Positions 37,301 to 49,557 of a DNA stretch of 64,000 bases are shown piece by piece. The position numbers and the translations under genes were made by a program. Origin of the DNA: Fimbriosthenelais zetlandica (lineage: Eukaryota); the NCBI GenBank assembly GCA_977030845.1, contig OZ365114.1:22196001-22260000 (forward strand), read 5' to 3'. Each line of letters starts with the position of its first letter. The stretch's first letter is position 1. The notes under the pieces were generated by a model. That model was not told where the DNA came from, made no database searches, and saw nothing but the letters and a program-made list of their open reading frames with translations.

Positions 37301-38630
37301 TGTATGGTATCCTTTCTAGACCTGATTTTGCCTTAAGCCCTTTATGTCCTGAGTCAATACGGGCAGAGTGGGAAATTTATGAAGGTTTAATCCTGGCTTG
37401 TTCCAAAGATGAAATATTTAATCCAAAGATTCCTCCAGATTATGAGATTTTCAGATGTTTGGGTGATGAATATTTTTGTGTTTTTTTTCCACTTTATTCG
37501 TTTTCAAATATTACCATTATTTACTGCCCAGAATCTTACAAAGAATTAATTCTCATCGATATCTTGCTCAGAAATATTCCCGGTGGCCAAAGATTTCCTA
37601 ATGGTTTAGTATATCTAGCAAATTGGAGCATTTTTAATACCGTATGTTGGCTATAAGATGCAAATATTCCAGCCTTATGTGCCATATATTCTCTCTTCAC
37701 CATCTGATGGGATGAAGACTTTGAAATGAGACTATAAATCAAATCTATCTACAATAATTTACATTAAGTGGCCCATATACTTAGCTATCTGGTTTTAAGT
37801 CTTAGTACTTTTCAGTAGAATTTTGTGAGTAGTATAAGTTAAAATTTTGCCAGGCTCTTGCTCTGCCATGTTTTAGCACTAAGACAACGTGAGAACGTCT
37901 TGACTAACGTAGCTTTAATTTATTTTATAATACTGATATCTGGCAGTGTAAAACCAGAAGTAGTTCAGATGATTCTTGTTTTGCTGTAGGAGAAAGATGA
38001 GATTTGTTAAAAGTATTTTTGTTGAAGTTAAAAGTGTCCTTAGGGAAATATGATATTTGTTTGTTTAAACAGTTTGTAAGTTAAAAGTTTAAATAAGTCC
38101 TATTATTCAGCAAGATAGCCACAATTGAAATATGCAGCTTCGTCGAGCTATTGCTCTGACTATAATTATGTTCCCAATAAGTGCCAAATGCTGTGATCTA
38201 TAAAGTAGTGCGAAGTGACAAAACCTTCTTTCCTACTACATGTATATTTAAATTCAGCAGCTAGATAGAATTATCCCTTCGTATTTTCTCACTCTCGTGA
38301 GAATACTTATTTTAGTTGGTAGGAAATCTTCAACAGAATGTCTTTTATTTTATTAGGATACAAATTTAATGGACTTTTATAATATAATTTTCTGTTGATT
38401 AACTTATTCTACGGTAATTCATCAGTTGACAAGACAAGCTAATCTTAGGCCTTTGTCGTCTTTCTTTTTGTAGGAAAGAAGGTGCGAAGGCATTTTACAA
38501 GGGCCTGGTGCCGAGCCTCGTGAGGGTCGTGCCAGCCTGTTGCATCACATTTGTGGTTTATGAAAATTTGATCAGCTATATATTACACGATGATAGTAAA
38601 AAGCCAAAGAAAGAAGGGGCTGTTCAATGA
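34358..38630 (+). CDS. SLC25A32: Mitochondrial folate/FAD carrier, isoform with distal (canonical) last exon
   Basis: Exons 34358-34502, 35146-35305, 35558-35813, 35987-36100, 36274-36419, 38474-38630 (325 aa). Carrier signatures [39 protein letters not shown]; last exon [25 protein letters not shown]. Confidence 0.95.
36722..36962 (+). CDS. SLC25A32: SLC25A32 alternative proximal terminal exon
   Basis: Acceptor TTTTCCCTGCTCTAG in the same phase as the distal exon; encodes [31 protein letters not shown] plus a ~48-aa tail to TGA 36962 (353-aa isoform). Confidence 0.85.
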
Positions 38631-40092
38631 GCTCTGTTCCAAAGGAATGGAAATGTATTTTGAAGATCAAAAACAGGGTAATTCCCATTCGTAAATAATA
38701 TCCCAGTGTTGTGTTCTTTGTCATGTATCATATATAGAATTCAGGAAGATATGCCTTTGGTTATTGCCACTAGTATAAGGAACATTCCTCGAGAACTAAA
38801 ATACAGTGTGAAAATACTGGTAATATCGTGAATTATTATCCTATCTGAGGAGCCTGTCGATGTTGGGCTTCATTCGTGCATTATACAACGAGTTTGAAAT
38901 GGAGATTTTGTTTGTTGAAGTATTCTATTAGGTATTAATAATTTTTCAAGTGAGACCTATGTAGGTCAGGTTTGTGGTTATTGTATAAATCTGTTAAACT
39001 CTTAAGTATATGTTCCATACATTATACCAATCCTCACAAGTGAAGTATTTTACTTCTTTTCGTTAAATTGATTATTCTTGACCTGCATCATTGATGTGAA
39101 GGTAGTAAAACTACTCTTGAGGACAGATATAATGGAACTAAAAAATATATATTGTAATTGTTGTGGCACTGAAAGCATCAAACTAGATTTGCAACAGAAA
39201 GGTTCAGTAAAAATATTGATTACTACTGATTTTAAGAGTATGTTAGCCTAAAATCTGAAGAGAAAGACTTCTGTACATATCGCTCCTATGAATCACATAG
39301 ATAGCATTCCTCAGGCGGAATGAAAGAACTGTCTCAATCTATTTCTCCTTTTATAATAACTTTTCAGAGAGAAATAGTGTTGGTTTCCTGGGGGATATTC
39401 AGAAATTATTACACTAAACATAATCAAAATAGAACTGAATCTTGTCAAATTATTCCTAATAAAGGACTGGACCGTTTTCTTGTGAATTATGATGTGATAA
39501 TGCAAATAAAATATTCTATTGCCAAATAAATGAAAATTCTTTTTTCATTCAATGTCTGCACAACATGTATCCCAAAAACAAATATAGAGAAATATTGTCA
39601 TTTCAATAATATTTATTACAGCAAATATTTTACAAATTATTTCAGAAGTATTATGCCAAATATCGCTTATTTGGCAACCATTCGGCTTCACGAAAATAAC
39701 TAGTATCCTCTTTCTCAATCCATGCTTAGACAATCCGTCATGGCTGTTATCAGCTTACAGAACACGAGCTATATACAGAAATGGAACCAGCGACATTTGT
39801 TCACATGAGTGCCATTAAAATTAGGGTAGTCCAAGTACATGGAAAGGGTTCAGTGTACAGTAGGAGGATGGCTTTATCCCTTCATCTTAATAATGTAACC
39901 ACATCAAATTAAGTTACTTTCAGTTCTAATAAACATTTTCCTAAGGAAAATATAAATCTTTCATTCCTAAGGTAGACTGAGAATCATGGCTGTACAGTGT
40001 ACACAGACAGCCCCAGTGGCAGACACTGATAACCCTTACACTAGAACAGCACCCATGTGAGTGTCGCTGAATCAGCTGTTATTATTTCTCCT

Positions 40093-43000
40093 TTACAAAT
40101 GTGCCTCTTGATCTCCATGTTTCTCAGCATAAGCCTTCATTCTGGCTTCCAACTCCGGTCGGAAATGGCGCACCAAACCCTGCAAGACAAATAAAATTAA
40201 ATTTATACAAAAAATATTTATTGATAATTAAATATCACATTAAACATTGTATTTGAATTTTCCTATTTCTCTGATGGGTCTCAAAAGGTGATGGAATAAG
40301 AAGCCTACCTGTACAGGCCACGCTGCTCCGTCACCCAGAGCACAGATGGTGTGGCCCTCTACTTGTTTACTCAGTTCATACATCATGTCAATCTCTGATG
40401 GCCGTGCATTACCAGTCACTATAATGGAAAATTATAAATGAAGACATAATCCATATCATATTCCCATTGAGGCAGCAGATGAGATTTGATTTCTCCCAAT
40501 TTCATTTAGTGATGTTTTAAGTTGTTGACTGGAGTACTCACCCATCCTATGCATGATCTTGGCGAGCCAATTGAGACCTTCCCTACAAGGGGTGCACTGC
40601 AGTAAGGAATAATATTTATTTCAGTTAATATTCATTGAATTTTTTCTTAATTCTAAATGCATTAAACATCAGTTATTACTACTTCAGTTATTACTACTAG
40701 GTATTGCCCAACTGTATATCGATATAATATAAATTTATTTATATTATAAGATAAAGATACAAGGTATTATGAGAATATGAGGCCTCACCTGACCACAGCT
40801 CTCGTGTTTGTAGAAGTCCATAAGCCGGGCGATACACTGGACAATATCAGATTGTTTATTCATCACAATGACAGCAGCTGTACCCAGGGCGGTCTGATTA
40901 GCTACCAGGTCATCAAAGTCCATCATCACTGTATCACATACACTGTAAAAAAAACACAGACTTAATCAGTATATATTGTTACTATGAATTAATACACATG
41001 GAAAATCTCATTAATTTATGTAACAAGATAATGGACTAGGGAGGATAGTGAGTGAGTAGGTCACCTTTTTGGTATGAGAGGAGTAGATGAACCTCCTGGA
41101 ATGACAGCCAGGAGGTTGTCCCACCCACCAATCACACCTCCAGCATGTCTCTCTATCATTTCCTGTAAGGGCATGGACATCTCTTCTTCAAACGTGCAGG
41201 GGTGCACTACTTGACCCGAAATGTTAAACAGCTGCCACAAATAAGTAACATCGAATTAGAAAAAAGGCCAATGAATATAATTAAATTTAATTTTATATTT
41301 AATTAGTTCATGATAATAGATTTCTCTAGAATAGAGATGTATGTATTTTATTTTACCTTAGTTCCCCTATTGCGTTCCCTTCCAAAACTTGCAAACCAGT
41401 CTCCACTCCTTCGAAGAATGACTGGTGCGACAGCAATAGTTTCTACATTGTTTACTGTGGTGGGGCACCCGAACACACCCACGTCAGCGGGGAATGGGGG
41501 CTTCAGACGAGGCTTGCCTGCTTTACCTTCCAATGACTCGATGAGTGACTGAAAATAAATTAATTTAGATATTAATTATTTTAAATTAAATTTAAATTTC
41601 GAAAGGTTTCATTAATTCCAAAGCAGAGTAATGTTCTTTGAAATGTATTTCAATGGAAAGTATTAATTAATTTTCATTTTATTTTTTAGACATTTCAGCT
41701 CAATGTATACTTACTGTTTCTTCACCGCAGACATAAGCACCAGCTCCTCTGTGCATGTAGACGTCAAAATCATAACCCGAACCACAGGCATTCTTACCCA
41801 GGAACCCCGCTTTGTATGCCTGGCAGATGAGAAAAAAAATATACCTTAAATTTTCATAAATAATTCCATGATAATCAAGCAAAATATAGCAGCCAATCTG
41901 TACAGACAATGAAGCAAAATATTGTTTTAATATTTTGTGATTATAAATTAAAAATTCAATTTGAGAATTTCCAGGCTGTATGTTATTTTTTTTTTTACTG
42001 GTATTCGTACCTCATTGATGGCTATCTGCATGTTGGAAGCTTCATTATAGAACTCTCCCCGGATGTAGATATAAGCAGCACGTGCTCCCATGGCAGCTCC
42101 AGCCACCAGACATCCCTCTACTAACTTATGAGGATCGTGTCGCATGATCTCTCTGTCCTTACATGTCCCTGGTTCTCCCTCATCTGCGTTTACCACCAAA
42201 TACTTGGGTCTGCAATAAAGAAAACAGAAACAATTTTAATGTATATTTTCCATGCATAAATGTTCCAAGCAAGTCTAGTATTTTGGGTAGGAAATAGAAG
42301 GGATGATGTCATTGAATGATATAATGTGTAGAACTGACCGGCCATCATCTGGCTTGTTCATGAAGCTCCACTTCATGCCTGTAGGGAAGCCAGCGCCTCC
42401 ACGTCCACGTAAACCTGACTTGATGATCTCCTTCTGGGCCCATTCAGCTCCTTTTAGAATGATCTCCTTGGTCTTGTACCAGTCCCCCTAAAAAGAAATA
42501 AAATATTAAACAGTGTTAAAGATGTGTGTATAGACGTACAATATCAAATAGGCAGTAATCTCTCGGTTATCAGCACCTACCCTGGACATGGCACCCTTGA
42601 GGGTCCAATCATGGCGACCATATAGGTTGGTAAATATTCTGTCCTCATCCTTCAGTGGTCCAAATTTGGTCTGAAATATTTTGGAAACAATCAGAAGTTG
42701 TATAACAATTATTCATGAAACACAACTAATTACAACTGGGTCTGAATTATATATTATTCATGATTTTTTTCTTAGACTTCCAATGCCTGGGTTGGAAAAA
42801 GGACATGCAGAACCTCAGAGAAATAGAGCCTCTAGTCTAGATCTACAAGAAACGTATATTAAATATTTAGGCCTAATAATGTTATCATAAATGACTGGCT
42901 ACCTTCTCTGGTTTCTTCTCCTCTGTTTGAGTAGTGTTAAACCTCACAGCACACAAATATTGACCACGGGATCCGGCTACAACAAATTGAATACATAACC

Positions 43001-43461
43001 TATCATTCACTGATGTTATAAAACTCTCAAAATGACATGGTAAACACTCAGTGACTCTCACAGTGTCAGTGTATTACTATTACAGCCTAAATTAAAGTAA
43101 AGAGTGTTGGTGACATTTATGACTATGACATGTCTGCAGAATATACATCATAATGTTTGGGAAAAGGCAGTGGATGTCATCGGATTTTATGTCAAAAAGA
43201 ATTCGAGAAATTACGAGGGCCAGACCGGTCTATTATATAAAGTCTATGGGCATGGGCAAGACTAGCCAATGATGTGTATTCAAAACAACATGAAGGTCAT
43301 GAGCAAAAACAAGCACCAGAGCACTACATATAAATGTGCAATCGATTTACAAATATACATAATGTTAGAAAGATGTCCCTCCCCTGTAAAATAATGAAAA
43401 ATAGGGAGTATTTACCTAAGGAAGCCCGTAATCCAGCTCCAACCTTGGCCAGAGATGCCAT
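40093..43461 (-). CDS. NDUFV1: NADH dehydrogenase (ubiquinone) flavoprotein 1, 51 kDa
   Basis: 12 exons: 43461-43416, 42976-42903, 42670-42581, 42487-42339, 42209-42011, 41819-41715, 41548-41357, 41231-41065, 40942-40789, 40596-40542, 40418-40309, 40179-40093 (475 aa). [41 protein letters not shown], Fe-S motif [12 protein letters not shown]...HTICALGD. Confidence 0.98.
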
Positions 43462-43727
43462 CCTTCTGCGGCGATCAACCTGAAACCGCTTGTTTGCAGT
43501 TGTTGAATTTGATGTAGGCCTAGCCTCTAAGCTCTGCAAATTTATATATTTAAACAAAAGGCTCACACATTAATGATCCAGTACTATCTCCTATTAAATA
43601 AAAAAAAGAGTTCATTTTTGCATAATAATATTATAAATATTTTGTCAACATTTAAATTGAAAGTTACGTTTAGAGGTTAAGCTGAGACCCAGTTCGAGGA
43701 TACAACAAACAACATGCGTACTCCCTT

Positions 43728-43788
43728 GTCACATGACTTCGTCACATGACAGCTGACGGCCGTCAACATCTCCTCCCTCATCACATGA
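43728..43788. promoter_or_regulatory. Tandem CLEAR/M-box motifs in the NDUFV1/ATP6V1H bidirectional promoter
   Basis: GTCACATGAC at 43728-43737 and 43741-43750, TCACATGA at 43781-43788; the two start codons are about 350 bp apart. Confidence 0.7.
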
Positions 43789-43812
43789 ACTGAGCAGGAT
43801 AAAAATACGAAA

Positions 43813-46800
43813 ATGACGAGTTTAGGCCCAAGATTGGACGCTGTGATTTCTCGTATTGACGATATCGAGAAAGCAGGTCAGTATTCTTACTCTTATAGCG
43901 TTCTTATTCATATTATATCCATATTTCATGCCCAATGCCTGTCCCAAATTCTGGTATTCATCACTCAGTGCATAGCCATAGGGTCATAAGGCTGAAAGTG
44001 AAAATGGGAGGGGCATGTCGGCCTCCTTGCCTTTTGAGGTTTACTGTTTTCTTTTACTAGTAGCTTATCTATTATGGTTTACATTTCAGGTGTCCATGTT
44101 GCTACTAGTCCTTTACAGCAGCGGGCCCATGAGGTTCGTGCCAACCGTGTCAACTGGCAGTCCTACATGCAGTAAGTAGCCTACAAAATTGAATTGAAAA
44201 TGTCATAAAAATCATAATTTTGTGAAACTTTTTATAATTAATTTGACATGATAAAATAACATATCTTTTCCAAAAATGAGAAGTGCTAGATATAATCTAG
44301 ATATAATAAGAAAGATTGCTAGCCTAGCCTATATATTTATATAAATGATAATTTCTTTCCATTTTAATAGGGGTCAGATGATCTCGCAGGAGGATTATGA
44401 TTTCATCACTCATCTGGACAATTCTACACCGGAGCAGCGTGAGCGTCTTCTGCAGGATCGATCCTATCAGTGTGCCAAAACATTCCTCAACCTGATGGGT
44501 CACATCGCCAAGGATCAAACTGTCCAATATATACTCACCATGATCGATGACATGCTACAGGTAAGGGACAATCTCTTTCTATAAATTTAGCATGGCCCTA
44601 ATAATTAGCATTTTGTCTATTTTGATATGAGAAGCCAGCATAATATTAATAGCTCTGAAATTGAGTTAATCTTAATCTAATTTTGCATTTTGTCTTAGAA
44701 ACAAATGCCTCCCTTAATTATTTCAGTAACCTTATTATTATTTTCCAGGAGGACAAGTCGCGAGTGGAAATTTTCCGTGATTATGCTAGGAGATACAAGG
44801 AGTCAGTGTGGACTCCTTTCCTCAACATGCTAAACCGACCTGACCCATTCATTGAGAACCAGGTGTGTACCAGGGAATTAGGTAACATGTAATGTAGGCC
44901 AAATGGTTGAAATAAGTTTATTAGTTCAATTAACTCCTCAAGAATTCCACAAATCAGTAGAAACACATTTCTCCAATAGGGCATGGTCTTTATAAAAATG
45001 TTTCTATTTTAGACGAGTCGGATCATTGCTAAGATTGCCTGCTGGAGTAAGGATCCTATGGAAGGCACGGATCTCCAGTACTACCTCACCTGGCTCAAGG
45101 ATCAACTCAAGGCCCCGGTAAGACACGTTTTAATGTCTAGTGGGAACAGTTTTGTCAGTGCAATCATTTTTCTTTCTTGTAGATGTGTCCCCAGAGTCTG
45201 AAAATTACGCAGCCACACATTCTTTATTTAATCATTATAATTTCTAATTTCTTAGTTTTCATTTATTTGTGGATGTTCATTAGTATATTGAGATGGAATA
45301 CGTCAGGTTCTTCGCTGCTTTTTTGTAATGCCTTATGAACCCTAGTAGATATATGAGGTAAAGGAAAAAAATGAGATAAAGAATTTAAAGAGATGCTGTA
45401 GAAGAAGACGGGTGTTAGCTGAATGTCTTCAACTCTTGGTGTGATATCTCTAGTCAAATATAGACCATGAGGAACAGACGGACGATCTGCTGCCTCCAGC
45501 CCCCGTGAGTAATGCCCCTAAGTGGCCATCCCTGAAAAAGCTACCCTAGCTCAGAAGAAACCTTTCAGTTGTAAAAGTTTCATTTCTTGCCAAGTGCCGA
45601 GAGTTGCATGGACGTCGATACTTGAGAAGACAAATTCCATTTTGATCTTTTTAAGATAAATAAGTTCATGGTTATACGTGACTACGTCCTCCAAAGCTTA
45701 CAAAAATGGAAGACCAAATTGTTCATGATTAAATGAAAGACACGACAAAATTTACGTAAGATTTCGTCATTTCATAAAGGTCAGAGGTATTTCTCTTCTC
45801 CACAAAATGTCGATTACCATGTTCCGCCATCCAGGCATGTTTAATTTCGACAGGAATGACAAAGAGGTCCTTTCTAAGGCAATTACTGCAACCCTGAGCT
45901 CGCCTAATCTCTTAATTAATGAATATAATTTATCATTCTGTTTAGAACTATAGGTTTCCCCATTTGTTTTCTGTTCAATATTAACAGTGTTTTGATTATA
46001 TAGCTAACGCAAAAAGAAATTGATCATGATGTTTTTATTATGTAGTTGTTATGCATGAAAGCATGGTAAATATACAACTAAATCTCAGCAGGATCTCGTT
46101 TTCTTAAACAATAGAATGATATAGATTATAACTACAAGAAATCTGAGCATAATGAAATGTTACTCTCATTTTAGACATCTGAATATGATGGTGTGCCACA
46201 CACATCCCGTTCTAAAGTTTTAAGTGTTTCTAAGGTTACTCTCCCCTCTGGCCCTTGAGAAATACTAGGGACTGCCTTCCCCATGAGTAGGATGCATTTT
46301 TCCTAACCTTTGGATATGAAGTAATCTTTTTCCGACTGGTTAAAATAAATCTAGTTAGAGGTTGCATTTCTTATCAGTTCAAAGTTTCACTAGCATGTAC
46401 TGTATTTCCCTGTATCCCTATGGTTTTATTTGTTTGATTTCAATTTGTGCACACCTCTGGTGGAACTGGTACTTAACATGTTAAGTTGACTCCATATGGG
46501 ACATGGATGTAACTATTTTAAGCAAACCGATATATCGAAAACACTCCAGTATATAACTTATATTATAAGTCTTTATTCCCAATTTTTCTGCTTGCTGAAC
46601 ATTACAAATCTAAATGTGGTTTTAAATTGTTTTATTATAAATAGCTTTAGTTGTGATAATTAACACCTGCAACCTTTTCTTGCCTAGAATAACGAGTACC
46701 TGCAGACAGTCGCTCGATGTCTACAGATGATGCTCCGGATTGATGATTACCGGTATGCCTTTGTCAAGGTGGACGGTATTAGCACGTGAGTATCCAACTC

Positions 46801-48656
46801 TCTTAATCAGTTTTGAGTTTTTATTTGATTAGACGCTTTTATTTGAACCAATTACCCCTATTTTCCATGTATCAGTCTTTGATATGTAGTTTCTTTATTA
46901 CAGCCTTATCTCAGTACTGGCGGGGAAGGTGGGCTTCCAGATCCAGTACCAGCTCACATTCTGTCTCTGGTGTATGACTTTCAACCCTAAACTTGCTGAG
47001 CGCATGAACAAGTAAGCTCTATTTTTAATAGCTTTGGATGATTCAGCCCTATAGACCTTACCTCTTTTTCCTACCCTTCTAAGCAAAAACTGATGGAACA
47101 TTTCCTTTATTTGCAGATATAATGTTATTCCCATCCTAGCAGACATTCTCAGTGAATCGGCTAAGGAGAAAGTAACCCGTATCATTCTAGCAACCTTTAG
47201 GGTAAGTTTGCCACCCAACTATATTAAATGACAACTGAGTTTTTTTTAAATGTTAGTTCTATATTTAGAATTGTTTATTGCTGTAGTAAATTATTGTTAT
47301 ATTTGTTTATAGAACCTGCTAGAGAAGCCTGAAGAGAAGGAGGTGGAGCAGGACAATGCTCTGGCTATGGTCCAGTGTAAGGTGCTCAAACAGCTACAGT
47401 TACTAGAGGGACGCAAGTTTGAGGATGAAGACATCATGGAGGATATTACTTACCTCAACGAGAAGTTACAGACTAGTGTCCAGGACCTCAGGTACGACTA
47501 TAGCTCCAACTAATGGTTAAATATTATAAAATATCACTTCACTCGTTCAATAACTATTCTCAAAGTGTGACTTTATGTAATGTGTTATGTTTCTTCGATG
47601 TGTTTTTATCAGCTCGTTTGATGAGTACTCGTCTGAGGTGAAGTCAGGTCGTTTAGAGTGGAGCCCTGTTCATAAAGCTGACCGCTTCTGGCGGGAGAAT
47701 GCTCCACGACTCAACGAAAAGAACTACGAGCTTCTAAAGTAAGTTTCTTTCAGATCATTTGCTGACAGACTCCATGATTTATGTCTGTCATTTTAGGCGG
47801 CAAATTTATTTCTTTTTTTCTTATTTTAGGATTTTGATCAAGTTGTTAGAGACTAGCCGGGACCCGCTCATACTCTCAGTAGCCAATCATGATATTGGTG
47901 AATATGTACGCCACTACCCCCGCGGCAAACAGTGAGTTATTACCTTAATAATTACCATGAAAAATTACCTATATTACAATTATACAAATATACACATAGT
48001 GATAAGTGATACCAAATCTTATGACAAAATACGACCAATACCGATAAAAAGTATAATTTAGTGTTCTGATTGTATCATAGTAATCAGTATCATAATATAC
48101 TAATGTGACTTCTCATATTACAGTGTGATCGAGCAGTTGGGAGGGAAACAGTTGGTCATGCAGCACCTCTCACACGAGGATCCCAACGTCCGCTATGAGG
48201 CACTACTAGCTGTACAAAAACTTATGGTACACAACTGGTGAGTTTTCTCTTATGTTACCATATGTGTGAATAATTTGTTCTAGAAGTATTTCTTCAATAG
48301 GCCTATTTATATACAATATTTACAATATAAGAAAACATTCACTCTTTAGGTGGCACATATGAGGTAAAATTGTAAAGGTTTTGTTTGTGTTAAAACTCTT
48401 GAAGGCGAATTTGGTTAATTCTTTTGGTTCATGTCCAAAATGTTGAAAGTTTTAATATCTAAAATGTAACAATGACTGAACAGTGCTTTCACCTGCTTGG
48501 CAATTATACTTCAATTATACTTTAAATTATACTTCAATTATACTTTAAATTATATTTCAATTATACTGTTGTGCATTTTTCAGGGAGTATCTAGGAAAAG
48601 CCTTGGACGCTGACAGGACACACAAAGAAGGAAACGTGGCATCAGCTAAAGCATAA
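43813..48656 (+). CDS. ATP6V1H: V-type proton ATPase subunit H
   Basis: 13 constitutive exons: 43813-43876, 44090-44171, 44371-44560, 44749-44862, 45013-45117, 46688-46785, 46904-47011, 47117-47201, 47313-47491, 47613-47738, 47830-47931, 48124-48237, 48584-48656 (479 aa). [61 protein letters not shown]. Confidence 0.98.
45454..45504 (+). CDS. ATP6V1H: Candidate ATP6V1H cassette exon (17 aa)
   Basis: TCTCTAG acceptor, GTGAGT donor, 51 nt, phase 0-0, open: [17 protein letters not shown]; lies in the gene's only long (1.57-kb) intron. Confidence 0.65.
48501..48567 (+). repeat. 11-12-nt intronic minisatellite
   Basis: CAATTATACTT / TAAATTATACTT, about 6 units. Confidence 0.85.
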
Positions 48657-49557
48657 CATGTATTATGTGAGAAGTCATTCTAGAATCCCTGTATCTATCA
48701 GCTAGTCAGAATAGGGTCCATGTGAGTGTTTACATTACTCCCTTGTTGTGTTATTAAGACTCGGACCTTACTGTAGGTAATACAAGCAGGACGTGTTGGG
48801 ATGGTTGCTAGATTGAAGATCTTAATAATTCTAAACTGAATCAAAACTTATTGCTATGTGTAATGGAGTAAGTTGTTGATAGTCCTTCATGGTGTAGACC
48901 CTGCTGTGAAATGACATGTATTGTTTTTATTCGCATATTGTATAGATGGGAGGACAAGTAGTAGTTGTCAATATGAAAGAAACCTGTATTACAGAACTCT
49001 AAATCTGCAGTGATAGATTAGGTCAAGTGTAATTGTAGAATAATGTTTTATTTTAAGGCTTCCTGTGAATATGTCGATTGAGTTGTTGGATTACAGTAAC
49101 TCGTCTAAAATAGCCCTGCTCTCTTCAAACTTATGTATATAATATAGAACTATATGAAGAATTGAGAGAATATAATTTAATTCCTTACACAAAATATTTA
49201 ACATACCGGTAGATGGAATGTTAATGTTTAATTATACAATATTTATATATACTTGCCTATAAAATATATATATATATGGTGCAATCGATGTACTAGAAAA
49301 GATATAGACCTGGAAGATGTGAAATGTTTCCCTAAAATGAAGGTTGATACTCATAATAATTAATGCACCTATTGTGAATGACTGACTTGTCATGTGGAGG
49401 GATTAACGTGGTTCTGTAGGTTTAGGTAAGTCTGTCTGATAGTGAAGAATCCTAATTGATTAGTGATAAATATAATGCATTCCGTGATGTACATATATTA
49501 TATATAAGTGGTGTGATTATGATCAAATGAGAATAAATGCGGCATTCTGTTAATACA

